From Fibrobacteria bacterium (GTDB lineage Bacteria; Fibrobacterota; Chitinivibrionia; Chitinivibrionales; FEN-1185): 64,000 nt of DNA. The notes beneath the pieces were generated by a model, which was given only the letters and a program-made list of their open reading frames with translations, was not told the origin of the DNA and ran no database searches. A program made the translations under genes and the position numbers. The first letter of the stretch is position 1, and the number at the start of each line of letters is the position of its first letter. Shown piece by piece: positions 8,088 to 18,209 of this stretch. The stretch spans positions 80,875-144,874 of the forward strand of contig JBBIGR010000009.1 in NCBI GenBank assembly GCA_037447435.1, written 5' to 3'.

Positions 8088-11003
8088 ATGCGTTGGATTA
8101 AGCGAATTTTGAAAAGCTTGCTCATCGGCTCTGCCATGGGTATCGGCGTCGCCTTATTCACGAATCTCTTTTTCACCGATCTCATCAACCGCCTGGAAGA
8201 TCAAACCTATTACATGCGGTATCGCTGGGAATTCGACGAGCAGGGCTCGAATAAAAACCATGCCAAAATCGAGGAAAACGACAACGGCATATGCATCATC
8301 GACATCGACGAGAGAAGTCAGCATAAGCTGGGCAAATATTGGAATTGGGACCGGTCGTTCCATGCGCAAATGATCAAATCGCTGGAAAAGCATAATCCGG
8401 CTGCGGTCGTATTCGACGTCATGTTTTTCGATCCCGAAGACAAGAACTATGTGACCCGCATCGACAAATTGCTTGATCAATGCAAAGAGCGGAATTCCGG
8501 TTTTGCGGTACCCGACAATATTTACAAACCGCTTACCGCAACGATCGATTACGACGAACAATTCGTACGCGCGACAAAAGAGGGCGGTAACGTCATCCAT
8601 GCGCTCATGATGGCCGACAAATGGGATTATCCGGAATACGCGCAATCGCAAATCGAACCGAAAATGACCATGGCGTGGCACGATTCCCTGCACCCCTCGT
8701 CGGCGATTTCGCTTCCGAATGAAAAACGGAACGACTTGCGCGACAAAAAGCCGGTCATCGACGGCACGTTCCCGCAACTGGCGCGCGCGGCCCGCGATGT
8801 CGGTTTTGTCAATATTCCCAAGAACAAGGACGGTGTGATACGCGAAATACCGCTCATGTACGGATTCGGGAACAATTCGCCGGTATACCTTCCGATAAGC
8901 GTCCGGACAGTCGCGACGCTGTTCGGTACGCCCAATAAGGAAATCAACTTCGAGCCCGGCAAATATATCGATATCGGAAAACCTTTCAAGGCATTCAAGG
9001 ATTCTCTCGGCATATTGACGTTTTCTTATCCCAACGTGACCGCGTTGCAGGTAAAGGCAATCATAGACAAAAGCCAAAACATCAAGGCTTGTCTTCCGGG
9101 GAAAACCGTCGATGTCAGCGCCCAGCTTAAAATCGGCAAAGACAGCGCGGGCAATGCGTTCGTGGATATGTATTGCGGTAATTTTCCCCTTTCCGTGGCC
9201 TCGGCGCTCATGCGCTGCGATGTGGCGAAAATTGCCGGGCTTGTCAAAGGTGATTCATTGGTACTTGGGCCTTCCGTTTTATTGAAACGGAATTCCGACG
9301 TCGATTGGGTGTTGACCGCTCCCGAAGGAGACGGTGAGTGGTATTTGTCTAAGCTCGATTTCGAAACCATACAAAGGATTTCACCGTCCGATTTCGACGC
9401 GATAAAACCCGGGACAACCAAACTCGTGTTTTTCGCTTTTTCCGTGAAAAACAAGGACGGCGTTCTTTCCTCGACCCTGCCGGTCATGAATCATTCGGTT
9501 CTTACCGATTTATGCACGACGTCATGGAACGCCATTTCTTCCATGCCTGCGGGTATGCGAATGGATTTCGGGAAAACGGTGCGCATTCCTCTGGGGAGAG
9601 ATAACCGTCATATCGTGACGTATTTCGGTCCCAAAGCCAAGACTTTCAAATATTACAGCTATTACGATATCATGAAGGACCGGGTCCAGGGTGCGCTGGA
9701 CGGTAAAATATTTTTGGTCGGCGCAACGGTCCAGGGGTTATTCGATATCGTGTCAACGCCCATAGACAACAATTATCCGGGAGTCGAGGTCCACGCGTCG
9801 CTGATAAATTCTTTTATGACAAATACGTTCGTGACGCGGTTGTCGCAATGGCAGGACTTTTTCATTCTGCTTGCGGTCGGCGTGGTAATCGGATTTTTGT
9901 CGTATTTCCTGAAACCGCTTTTCGGCTCCATTCTCAGTCTGGCTGCGGTGTTCGTCTATTTTGTCATTGCGATGACACTCTTCGGCGGCAACCATTTGTG
10001 GATCGAAATCGCCAGGCCGATCCTTGCCATCGTCATTACGTTTACCGCGGTCATGGCGTACCGGTATATTACCGAAGAGAAAGACCGGAAATTTTTGCAA
10101 AGTACCTTTAAGCAATATTTGTCGCCCGATCTCATCGATATGATGTACAATTCGAAACAGCAGCCGAAGCTCGGTGGCGACGAGGGCATTCGTACGGCCT
10201 ATTTTACCGACATACAGGGCTTTTCGACCTTTTCCGAAAAATTGGGTTCGCCCACGAGGCTGGTCGAACTTCTCAACGAATACCTCACGGAAATGACGAA
10301 CGTCCTGCTTTCGCATTACGGAACGCTAGACAAATACGAAGGCGACGCGATCATCGCCTTTTTCGGCGCGCCCATGCCCATGGAAGACCATGCGAAACAA
10401 GCCTGTCTCACCGCGCTCGATATGCAAAACAAACTCGGCGGTCTGCGTAAGAAATGGATTTCCGAAGGAGATAAGTGGCCGCAAATCGTGCATGAAATGC
10501 GCATGCGCATCGGCATCAACAGCGGTCCAATCGTTACCGGCAATATGGGTTCGAAAACGCGCATGAACTATACCATGATGGGCGATACGGTCAACCTTGC
10601 GGCGCGTTTGGAAAGTGCGGCCAAGCAATACGGCGTATTCGCGATGATAAGCCATTTTACCTACGACATGGTCAAAGACGATTTTGAAGTCCGTCAGCTC
10701 GATAAGATTACGGTTGTGGGTAAATCGGAGCCTGTTGTAATTTATGAACTGATAGCGGAAAAAGGCAAAGCAACGCCCGATATCGCGAAAATGGTCGAAT
10801 TGTACTCGAACGGTCTTGCCGCTTTTTACAAACAGGATTGGGACAAGGCCATAGAAATCCTTACGGAATCCGACAAATTGGAACCGTATCGTTTGGTTGC
10901 GAAAACGACGCCCAGCAAGGAACTGATTAAAAATTGCGAGCGATATAAACAGGAACCGCCGGGCCCGAATTGGGACGGCGTCAATAAATTGACATCGAAA
11001 TAA
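8088..11003 (+). CDS. CHASE2-domain class III adenylate cyclase
   Basis: IIDIDE, VVFDVMF, DGVIREIP, GKIFLVG, PGVEVHA (CHASE2); three TM segments; FTDIQGFS, LDKYEGDA, GDTVNLAARLE; AAGGAG RBS before ATG 8088. Confidence 0.92.
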   Translation: MRWIKRILKSLLIGSAMGIGVALFTNLFFTDLINRLEDQTYYMRYRWEFDEQGSNKNHAKIEENDNGICIIDIDERSQHKLGKYWNWDRSFHAQMIKSLEKHNPAAVVFDVMFFDPEDKNYVTRIDKLLDQCKERNSGFAVPDNIYKPLTATIDYDEQFVRATKEGGNVIHALMMADKWDYPEYAQSQIEPKMTMAWHDSLHPSSAISLPNEKRNDLRDKKPVIDGTFPQLARAARDVGFVNIPKNKDGVIREIPLMYGFGNNSPVYLPISVRTVATLFGTPNKEINFEPGKYIDIGKPFKAFKDSLGILTFSYPNVTALQVKAIIDKSQNIKACLPGKTVDVSAQLKIGKDSAGNAFVDMYCGNFPLSVASALMRCDVAKIAGLVKGDSLVLGPSVLLKRNSDVDWVLTAPEGDGEWYLSKLDFETIQRISPSDFDAIKPGTTKLVFFAFSVKNKDGVLSSTLPVMNHSVLTDLCTTSWNAISSMPAGMRMDFGKTVRIPLGRDNRHIVTYFGPKAKTFKYYSYYDIMKDRVQGALDGKIFLVGATVQGLFDIVSTPIDNNYPGVEVHASLINSFMTNTFVTRLSQWQDFFILLAVGVVIGFLSYFLKPLFGSILSLAAVFVYFVIAMTLFGGNHLWIEIARPILAIVITFTAVMAYRYITEEKDRKFLQSTFKQYLSPDLIDMMYNSKQQPKLGGDEGIRTAYFTDIQGFSTFSEKLGSPTRLVELLNEYLTEMTNVLLSHYGTLDKYEGDAIIAFFGAPMPMEDHAKQACLTALDMQNKLGGLRKKWISEGDKWPQIVHEMRMRIGINSGPIVTGNMGSKTRMNYTMMGDTVNLAARLESAAKQYGVFAMISHFTYDMVKDDFEVRQLDKITVVGKSEPVVIYELIAEKGKATPDIAKMVELYSNGLAAFYKQDWDKAIEILTESDKLEPYRLVAKTTPSKELIKNCERYKQEPPGPNWDGVNKLTSK

Positions 11004-11023
11004 TCCTTTCAAAGGAGTTTGCC

Positions 11024-11230
11024 ATGTTGTGGAAAATTATTTTGTTACCGTTTTGGATTGTCAAGAAGGGATTGGGACTCATATTCATGCTGCTGAAGCT
11101 TGCGCTCGGCGTCGTCAGGCTCATTTTCGGCAGAAGAATAATCGCCCTGGGGATTTTGGTCGGCGGTTTCTTTTTAGGAAAGAAAATCCTGAAAGAAAAA
11201 ATCGAATCCGAAAAGTCCGATCCTTCTTAA
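11024..11230 (+). CDS. Small basic membrane protein
   Basis: AAGGAG RBS, 68 aa with hydrophobic stretches and a Lys-rich tail, 20 bp downstream of the cyclase. Confidence 0.6.
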   Translation: MLWKIILLPFWIVKKGLGLIFMLLKLALGVVRLIFGRRIIALGILVGGFFLGKKILKEKIESEKSDPS

Positions 11231-12072
11231 GCAACATTCCCCTTAGGGGCTTGATGGCCGGCGTAACAGTACCAACAGCGATGCAAACATCGCTGTTGGT
11301 ACGATCCGATGTCCCTGCTTTCGCCGCATCCGCATCCGATCCTCGTGGGCGCGGGCAAAAGCGTCCGATGAATGCCGAAACGGTCTGTTTCGCGTAAAAT
11401 ATCATCGTCGATGCAATGTGCCTGCAAAACGCCCGTGTCAATTGACGGGATTTCTGGATTGCAGCAATTGCAAAGCCTCATTCCCGCATCGGCGGCAGCT
11501 TTCGACAACGCCGCGACGATGGTCGCCTTTTCCGTATCGCTGAATTCCTCAAAGGCGATGCTTTGCTTTTTTAATTTGGCATACATTGTCATGAAAGAAA
11601 AGTAGCATCGCGAAATCCCGGCTTTGGCCATAATCGGAAGAATTTTGAAAAAACCCTGCGAGTTGGTCACCGAATCGCCTGCTTTGTTTTTGTATTTGCA
11701 AATAGGGTCATAGCGCCACAGAACCCGTTGCGGACCAACCATATCGCAGAGCGCTCGTACGGTATCTAAACGCGTTTGCAGGGGCGCGACATGCGGCTCA
11801 AGCTCGCCCCCGTCGTTGAGGGTGAAGTGAAACAGCGCGTTGTTGTTTTTGATCAGGGAGCCGAAATCGGGGTGCTTGATAAAACGAGAAAAATCCTTGG
11901 ACCAGAAAACAAACCCCAACACGTCCGGTTGTCGAAGGGAAACCGTGTACGAGCGGCCGTATCCTCCGTCGTAGGTGATTTCCCCCTTGTTCCAGGCGTC
12001 GAAAAATTCCTCGTAAAAAAAACAGGGGATATCGGTGCGCCGGGAAACGGAGATATACCGGGGCACCGTCAA
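11227..12072 (-). CDS. DUF1848 family protein
   Basis: ISVSRRTDIP, VFWSK, WRYDPI, CID, CGCxxSRDIG…CLHRCWYCYA. Confidence 0.88.
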   Translation of the reverse strand: MTVPRYISVSRRTDIPCFFYEEFFDAWNKGEITYDGGYGRSYTVSLRQPDVLGFVFWSKDFSRFIKHPDFGSLIKNNNALFHFTLNDGGELEPHVAPLQTRLDTVRALCDMVGPQRVLWRYDPICKYKNKAGDSVTNSQGFFKILPIMAKAGISRCYFSFMTMYAKLKKQSIAFEEFSDTEKATIVAALSKAAADAGMRLCNCCNPEIPSIDTGVLQAHCIDDDILRETDRFGIHRTLLPAPTRIGCGCGESRDIGSYQQRCLHRCWYCYAGHQAPKGNVA

Positions 12073-12896
12073 TCGATTCCGAGCTTCGCGGTCAAGCGTG
12101 CCAGGCCCTTTTCATCGAGGCCGGTATCTTTACCTTTAAGAAGCTTTCGCAATGCAGCCATTTCGCTTTGTGAAAAGCGGACGCCGTTTAAAATATGATC
12201 GTCGAATGCTTCAAACACTATAGGGCAAACGGTCCGGGCGATTTTGTTGATGGCTTCCGCATAAACCCTGATTTCCATTTGCGCATGCGGATCGAGCCTG
12301 AGGGCAAGGAACCGCAATAGATTATGAAGGTCTATTTGCCAAAACCATTCGGTATACAGCGACAACGGCAGGTCCACCCGCGCCAGTTCGCGTGCAATAT
12401 TATGTGAAAGCAACTTTTCGTACGTCTCATAGGATTCTTGTTGATGCTTCGACAATAAGGCTATGACCTGCTTTTGAATTTTAGGGTCGACCTTGTCTTT
12501 GGCACGCCCCTGTTTGTTGTTTTCGCTTTGAAACGCGATGTCTTTTGCCGCCGGGAGGTAAAACTCCGATTTCATGACGCTGTAACGACCCGAAATTTCA
12601 TTCACTCGTGCGGTGCGGTGTCGTATCCACTGGCGCGCGACAAAAATCGGAAGCTTGACATGAAAGGTAAACACGACCTGTTCGAACGGCGAGGTGTGGT
12701 CGTTGCGAAGCAGATAATTGATGAGCCCTTTGTCTTCCCGGAATGTCTTGGTGCCTTTGCCGTACGAAACGCGGGCCGATTGTACGATGCGGTCGTCGTT
12801 GCCGAGATAATCAACGAGCCGTACGAACCCTTTGTCAAGGACCTTGAACGGTTTGTCCAATATTTTTTCAGCTTCTGGGGAAATGCAATGTGCCAT
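12069..12896 (-). CDS. thyX: FAD-dependent thymidylate synthase
   Basis: SARVSY, HTSPFE, PIFVARQWIRHRTA, NEISGRY, ARELAR, HAQMEIR; start placed at MAHCIS. Confidence 0.96.
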   Translation of the reverse strand: MAHCISPEAEKILDKPFKVLDKGFVRLVDYLGNDDRIVQSARVSYGKGTKTFREDKGLINYLLRNDHTSPFEQVVFTFHVKLPIFVARQWIRHRTARVNEISGRYSVMKSEFYLPAAKDIAFQSENNKQGRAKDKVDPKIQKQVIALLSKHQQESYETYEKLLSHNIARELARVDLPLSLYTEWFWQIDLHNLLRFLALRLDPHAQMEIRVYAEAINKIARTVCPIVFEAFDDHILNGVRFSQSEMAALRKLLKGKDTGLDEKGLARLTAKLGID

Positions 12897-13056
12897 TGGG
12901 TACCTTTGCAAAAAAAGGATATTACGGAAAATATCTCCGCGCCCCGCGTAGATACATTCACCGCAACAACTTCAAAGTTCAGAATACTAAAATATAAAAA
13001 GCCTACGATGTTGGGAAAACCGAAATAAAAAAACAGCGTATCAAACGAGGAATAAG

Positions 13057-13542
13057 TTATGCGATGCTACGGTTGAAAAGTTGCGGTTTTTTCTCGGTGG
13101 CACGTTGCCAAAGTCCCGTCATTTTTCCCCATTGCGCAATCAAAGCCTGGCCAACGGGCGTGTTCCAGTCCGCTTCCAGGGCATCGTGGCACTCCTTGCC
13201 TTTGCCCTGGCGCTGATGGTGGCAAAAACGGCATTCGAGCGGCTGGTTTTTTGTTCCGAATAATTCGCATAAATCGTTTTTCAGAAAATTGCATCCGTTT
13301 TGCGCATGAATGCTTAACGCAAAATCGCCTTCGCATCCTGAAAAAGCAGGGGACAATACGCCGAACGAAAGATCGGGAGCCATTTCGAGCATCATTCGTT
13401 TTGCATAACCGGCATCGATCGCCAAAGCCGCTTCCTTCACCGTCCACCATCCGGGCCGAACGCAATAGTGGCGGCAAATTTTACAGGAACACGGTTTTGA
13501 CGGCGGAAACGTTTCGTATAGCGATTTTGCGGTTTTACCCAT
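13057..13542 (-). CDS. Cys-rich putative metal-binding protein (YkgJ/CxxCxxCC-like)
   Basis: CSCKICRHYC…GCNFL…LCELF…PLECRFC Cys spacing. Confidence 0.6.
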   Translation of the reverse strand: MGKTAKSLYETFPPSKPCSCKICRHYCVRPGWWTVKEAALAIDAGYAKRMMLEMAPDLSFGVLSPAFSGCEGDFALSIHAQNGCNFLKNDLCELFGTKNQPLECRFCHHQRQGKGKECHDALEADWNTPVGQALIAQWGKMTGLWQRATEKKPQLFNRSIA

Positions 13543-13937
13543 TTTTAATCAAATTTTCTAGCCAATGGTTTTAAGTATGCCCGAATCAAAACAAATTTTT
13601 ACTAAAATAGTATACTGCCCGGATACACAAAATAAAATTGAAACCGTTTTTTTCCCGCATTCGCCGAAAAAAACTTTACATTAATGAGCACGCGTCACCG
13701 GATCGTAAATTTCGTCGCATGGCAAATCCCGTTGGTTTGAAATAAAACAATGCGGCAAAAGAATGGCAAGTATTCGAGAAATACAAACAGTATACATGCA
13801 GACTACGATAAAATGTCGTCTTTGGAGTTTTTTAGGGATTTTGAGGCGAAAAGCGGTAAATTAATAATTAGGTGACATTGTTAGTGAATTTGAATTGAAA
13901 ATTAGTATTTGTTCAAGTTAACCGTTTAAGGGGTTTT

Positions 13938-15104
13938 ATGAAAAAACTACAGATTCTTTTTCTTGCGTTTTTGGTGCTTTCGTCGTCTGCATTTGCCCAA
14001 AGAAAATTTGCAGGATGGTCGTACGGGTATCTTCCGAACTATGCGAATTTCTCGGTTTCACGGGTCAACTGGAAATGCTATACCATACTTGCGTGGTTTT
14101 CCGTAAACGGAAACAGTTCCGGAGCAGTTACCGGTATGAGCGACGCCGATGCCAAGAATTTTACGACTGCATGTCATACCAATAAAACAACGGCAATAAT
14201 TTGTGTCGGCGGCGGCGGCGCCGGAGGCAACTTCCAGGCTGCTACCCAATCAAATGTCATGGGTACTTTCGTTCACAACCTCGTTGACTTTATGAAAAGG
14301 AATTCGTTTGACGGCATCGACATCGATTGGGAAGACGGAATCAACGGGCAATTTGTTCCTTTCATGAAGGCGCTAAACGACACGCTTGTCAAAATCACGC
14401 CAAAGCCGATAGTGTCGATTGCCACGGCTCAATATCTGTCCGCATCGCATGCTCCTGCTGCAGCATATGTCGACCAATTCAACCTTATGTCTTATTACGA
14501 TCTTCTTAACAGCAGCAGTGCTCCGATTTCGGGTCAGGTAGCTTCACTTACGAGCAAAGGCGTGCCGAAAACCAAAATCGGCGTCGGGTACGGATACGAT
14601 ACCGATCAGGAAGTCGACGGACCCAATGAATGCGGCAATGGCCCGGATGGAAATCCCGGCGATATCAACGGAAAGACTTTGTACGCCATCGACAACGGCT
14701 GCGGCGGGGTCATGATTTGGGAAATCGACCGGGCGCCGGCAAAATGCGACAGCGTCACGGCGTTCTACTGCAAAAAGCAGGCGCCTATATCCCCTGTTTT
14801 GTCCATGCCGATGACCGCAAGCCGCAAAGCGCAACGGACCATGCTTTCAATTCTGACAAATGGTACGACAGGCGCAAAAGAAATCCGTTTCTCGGTACCT
14901 TCTGCGGAAGCGGTGAATCTGGAACTTTTCAACCTGAACGGCGCCTTAGTACGGACCATCGCAAAAGGCATGCGTGAACCCGGGGTAAACTACAGCATTT
15001 CCCTTGGGAAAAACAATTCAAACGTATCCGTCATTCCGGGCACCTATGTCTTGAAGTTTGCCACGCCGCTAAGTTCCGAAGCGGCAACGGTGGTTGTAAA
15101 ATAA
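13938..15104 (+). CDS. Secreted GH18 chitinase-like glycoside hydrolase with C-terminal secretion-type domain
   Basis: Signal peptide; FDGIDIDWE (DxxDxDxE), LMSYYD, GGVMIWE; tail LELFNLNGALVRTI…PGTYVLK. Confidence 0.9.
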   Translation: MKKLQILFLAFLVLSSSAFAQRKFAGWSYGYLPNYANFSVSRVNWKCYTILAWFSVNGNSSGAVTGMSDADAKNFTTACHTNKTTAIICVGGGGAGGNFQAATQSNVMGTFVHNLVDFMKRNSFDGIDIDWEDGINGQFVPFMKALNDTLVKITPKPIVSIATAQYLSASHAPAAAYVDQFNLMSYYDLLNSSSAPISGQVASLTSKGVPKTKIGVGYGYDTDQEVDGPNECGNGPDGNPGDINGKTLYAIDNGCGGVMIWEIDRAPAKCDSVTAFYCKKQAPISPVLSMPMTASRKAQRTMLSILTNGTTGAKEIRFSVPSAEAVNLELFNLNGALVRTIAKGMREPGVNYSISLGKNNSNVSVIPGTYVLKFATPLSSEAATVVVK

Positions 15105-15146
15105 ACGAACGTTCAGGACGCAAGTAACCTGTTTTTGTAAAGAAAC

Positions 15147-15194
15147 CATACAACAAAAAAAAGCCCCGGAATTCCGGGGCTTTTTTGTTGTATG
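15147..15194. terminator. Bidirectional rho-independent terminator
   Basis: catacaacaaaaaaaa-GCCCCGGAATTCCGGGGC-ttttttgttgtatg between convergent GH18 and ahcY genes. Confidence 0.9.
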
Positions 15195-15212
15195 CGATAG
15201 CGTTTGATATAA

Positions 15213-16643
15213 TCAATACCGGTAATGTTCGGGCTTATACGGACCCTCGACCGGCACGCCGATATAATCAGCCTGGCGCTTCGACAAAACCGTGAGTTTC
15301 GCACCGATTTTCGCTAAATGCAACCGTGCGACCTCTTCGTCGAGTTTCTTGGACAATCGATATACGCCCGGCTTGTACGTGTCTTTGTTTTTCCATAAAT
15401 CGAGCTGCGCGAGAGTCTGGTTGGTAAATGAGCTCGACATGACGAAACTGGGGTGTCCGGTTGCGCAGCCGAGATTGACAAGTCGGCCTTCTGCCAAAAG
15501 ATAAATGCAATGGCCGTCGGGGAATATATACTTGTCGACCTGCGGTTTGATATTGACGCGTTGTATACCGGGATAATTGTTTAGTTTGTCGACCTGTATT
15601 TCATTGTCGAAATGGCCGATGTTGCAAACGATCGCCTGGTCCTTCATTTTTGCCATATGTTCGACGGTTATTATCTCGCAATTACCCGTCGTCGTGACGT
15701 AGATATCGGCAAAGGGAAGGGCGTCTTCGATGGTAGTCACTTTGTATCCGGCCATACATGCCTGCAATGCGCAAATCGGGTCGATTTCGGTGACGCAAAC
15801 CTGGGCTTTCTGCCCGGCGAGCGATTCTGCCGATCCTTTGCCCACATCGCCGTATCCGCAGACAAGCGCGGTTTTACCTGCAATCATGACGTCCATTGCG
15901 CGCATGATGCCGTCGACCAGCGAGTGGCGGCAACCGTAAATATTGTCGAATTTCGATTTTGTCACCGAGTCGTTGACATTGATGGCAGGGACCAAAAGGC
16001 TTTTTGCCGATTCCATTTGGTAAAGTCTGTGCACGCCCGTCGTGGTCTCTTCGGAAACGCCTTTCCAGTCTTTGACCACCGTATGCCAATGAGTCGGATT
16101 TTTTGCGTAAATGGTTTTCAAAAGGTTCTTGATCACGCTTTCCTCATGACTCGACGAGGGCGAGTCTACCCATTTGTCGCCGTTTTCGAGCTGAAATCCT
16201 TTATGGATAAGCAATGTCGCGTCGCCGCCGTCGTCGACGATAAGCTGCGGGCCTTTATTGCCGTCGAATGTAAGGGCCTGGAACGTGCATGCCCAATAAT
16301 CTTCAAGCGATTCGCCCTTCCAGGCGAATACCGGGACGCCCGACTTTGCAATGGCTGCTGCTGCATGGTCTTGCGTGGAGAAAATATTGCATGAAGCCCA
16401 TCGTACGGAAGCGCCCAATTTTGCCAACGTTTCGATAAGCACGGCGGTTTGAATGGTCATATGCAAAGACCCGGAGACGCGTACGCCCTTCAGCGGTTGT
16501 TCTTTGGCGTATTTTTCCCGAACAGACATGAGACCCGGCATTTCTTTTTCCGCAATGTCCATTTCCTTCCTTCCCCAGTCGGCAAGGGTGATGTCGGAAA
16601 CAAGATACGGATGATTTGCCCAAAGGTCAATATGCGGTGCCAT
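15213..16643 (-). CDS. ahcY: Adenosylhomocysteinase
   Basis: [61 protein letters not shown]. Confidence 0.98.
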   Translation of the reverse strand: MAPHIDLWANHPYLVSDITLADWGRKEMDIAEKEMPGLMSVREKYAKEQPLKGVRVSGSLHMTIQTAVLIETLAKLGASVRWASCNIFSTQDHAAAAIAKSGVPVFAWKGESLEDYWACTFQALTFDGNKGPQLIVDDGGDATLLIHKGFQLENGDKWVDSPSSSHEESVIKNLLKTIYAKNPTHWHTVVKDWKGVSEETTTGVHRLYQMESAKSLLVPAINVNDSVTKSKFDNIYGCRHSLVDGIMRAMDVMIAGKTALVCGYGDVGKGSAESLAGQKAQVCVTEIDPICALQACMAGYKVTTIEDALPFADIYVTTTGNCEIITVEHMAKMKDQAIVCNIGHFDNEIQVDKLNNYPGIQRVNIKPQVDKYIFPDGHCIYLLAEGRLVNLGCATGHPSFVMSSSFTNQTLAQLDLWKNKDTYKPGVYRLSKKLDEEVARLHLAKIGAKLTVLSKRQADYIGVPVEGPYKPEHYRY

Positions 16644-16778
16644 TATATAAAGCTCCTTTTAAAAAAAAGTTTGGAACGTAATCATACAAATTACTTTATG
16701 GAAGAAATGGGACAAAGAAACCAAATGGGCGTTTCTTTAAAAAAAACGCCTAAAACAAAACCAAAACAATAAAATGCA

Positions 16779-18098
16779 TCAGCTTTTCAACAATAACGGT
16801 TGGCCGGTGCGGTCTATCACGTCTCGCCATAATGCGCTTTCCGGATCAACGCGGTTTCGTTTCGATACGGCAAGTCGAATGGGCAAATGCACGAAATTAT
16901 TATTGACCAGGCTGATAAGCACTTCGGTTTTTCCCGCCATCGCGGCGTGGACCGCGTTGCTGCCGAGGCGCGCGCAATAAATCGAATCCGTGGTTATCGC
17001 CGCCGCGCTTCTGATCATATAGCTTGGATCAATGTATTTGACCGTGATTTCCATGCGTATCTCTTCAAAGTACTGTTCTATTCTTTTTCGTAAATATGCG
17101 CCGACGTCGCCGAGCTTTTTATTGCCCGAGGCGTCGGAGCCGTTCGATTCGCCGACAAGGTCCTGCCCAGCGCCTTCGGCAACCAGGATCACCGCGTGAT
17201 GCCGCAAATCCAACCGTTTCTTCAGCGAAGCAAGCAGTCCGTTTTCGCCCGACAGCTCGAACTGCACTTCGGGAATCAGGACGTAATTGACGTCGCCGGA
17301 CGCAAGAGCCGTGTGCGCGGCGATAAAACCGGATTCGCGCCCCATGACCTTGACGATACCGATTCCGTTCATGACGTCATGCGCTTCGGTATGAGCGCTT
17401 TCCACCGCTTCGACCGCAAGCGAAACCGCTGTCTCGAAGCCGAACGAACGTTGACAAAAGCTCAAGTCGTTGTCTATGGTTTTCGGCACGCCGATAACCG
17501 AAAGGCGGGTGCCCCGTTTGCGCGCCTCCTGCGATATTGCCAATGCCCCGCGCATGGTTCCGTCGCCGCCGATGGCAAAGAGCACATTGATGTTCATTTG
17601 TTCGATAACGTCGACCATGAGCGGGATTTTTTCGCCGCCGCCGCGGGACGATCCGAGCAATGTGCCGCCCATCTGATGAACGTCGGCGACGATTTTAGGC
17701 GTGAGGTCTATGGTCGGAATCCCGAATTCGGGCAAGAGCCCCCGGTATCCATATTGGATTCCCGTTATTCTGCGCACGCCGTAACGATGCCAAAGATTCA
17801 TGACTACGGAGTAAATGACGTCATTGAGCCCGGGGCATAATCCGCCGCACGTCACGATGGCTGCGTTGACCTTTGCCGGATCAAAGAAAATCTTTTCCCG
17901 CGGCCCGGCCAATTCCAGCAGGTTCTCTTTTGTATAAGGACCGAACGGCAATCCCGGTTGCGAAACAATATCGTACAGGATAAACTGATCGTCGGTTGTA
18001 AAATTGGCGATTTTATCATCGGGTTTTTTCGACAAAACGATAGGCGATTTGATATGCGGGGTCCCGAGCATGGGAATAGAAAAATCGTATAATTCCAT
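16779..18098 (-). CDS. pfkA: ATP-dependent 6-phosphofructokinase
   Basis: TCGGLCPGLN, GSSRG, IGGDGT (G indicates ATP-type), PKTIDND, MGRESG, YIDPSYMIRS. Confidence 0.93.
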   Translation of the reverse strand: MELYDFSIPMLGTPHIKSPIVLSKKPDDKIANFTTDDQFILYDIVSQPGLPFGPYTKENLLELAGPREKIFFDPAKVNAAIVTCGGLCPGLNDVIYSVVMNLWHRYGVRRITGIQYGYRGLLPEFGIPTIDLTPKIVADVHQMGGTLLGSSRGGGEKIPLMVDVIEQMNINVLFAIGGDGTMRGALAISQEARKRGTRLSVIGVPKTIDNDLSFCQRSFGFETAVSLAVEAVESAHTEAHDVMNGIGIVKVMGRESGFIAAHTALASGDVNYVLIPEVQFELSGENGLLASLKKRLDLRHHAVILVAEGAGQDLVGESNGSDASGNKKLGDVGAYLRKRIEQYFEEIRMEITVKYIDPSYMIRSAAAITTDSIYCARLGSNAVHAAMAGKTEVLISLVNNNFVHLPIRLAVSKRNRVDPESALWRDVIDRTGQPLLLKS

Positions 18099-18209
18099 AG
18101 ATTTACTCCTTAAGGTGGATTTTCCAAGGATTTATATTATACTACTCTGTAAAAAAGAAAGCCATTAAAAACTCGCAAAACAGCCGACATTATTGTAATT
18201 TATTTCCCT

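Noticed and set aside
13543..13937. c-di-GMP riboswitch upstream of the GH18 gene
   Set aside because: GGCAAA occurs, but the paired GAAA-loop stem and second hairpin of the aptamer were not found
16644..16778. SAH/SAM riboswitch upstream of ahcY
   Set aside because: Short AT-rich spacer with no recognisable aptamer elements
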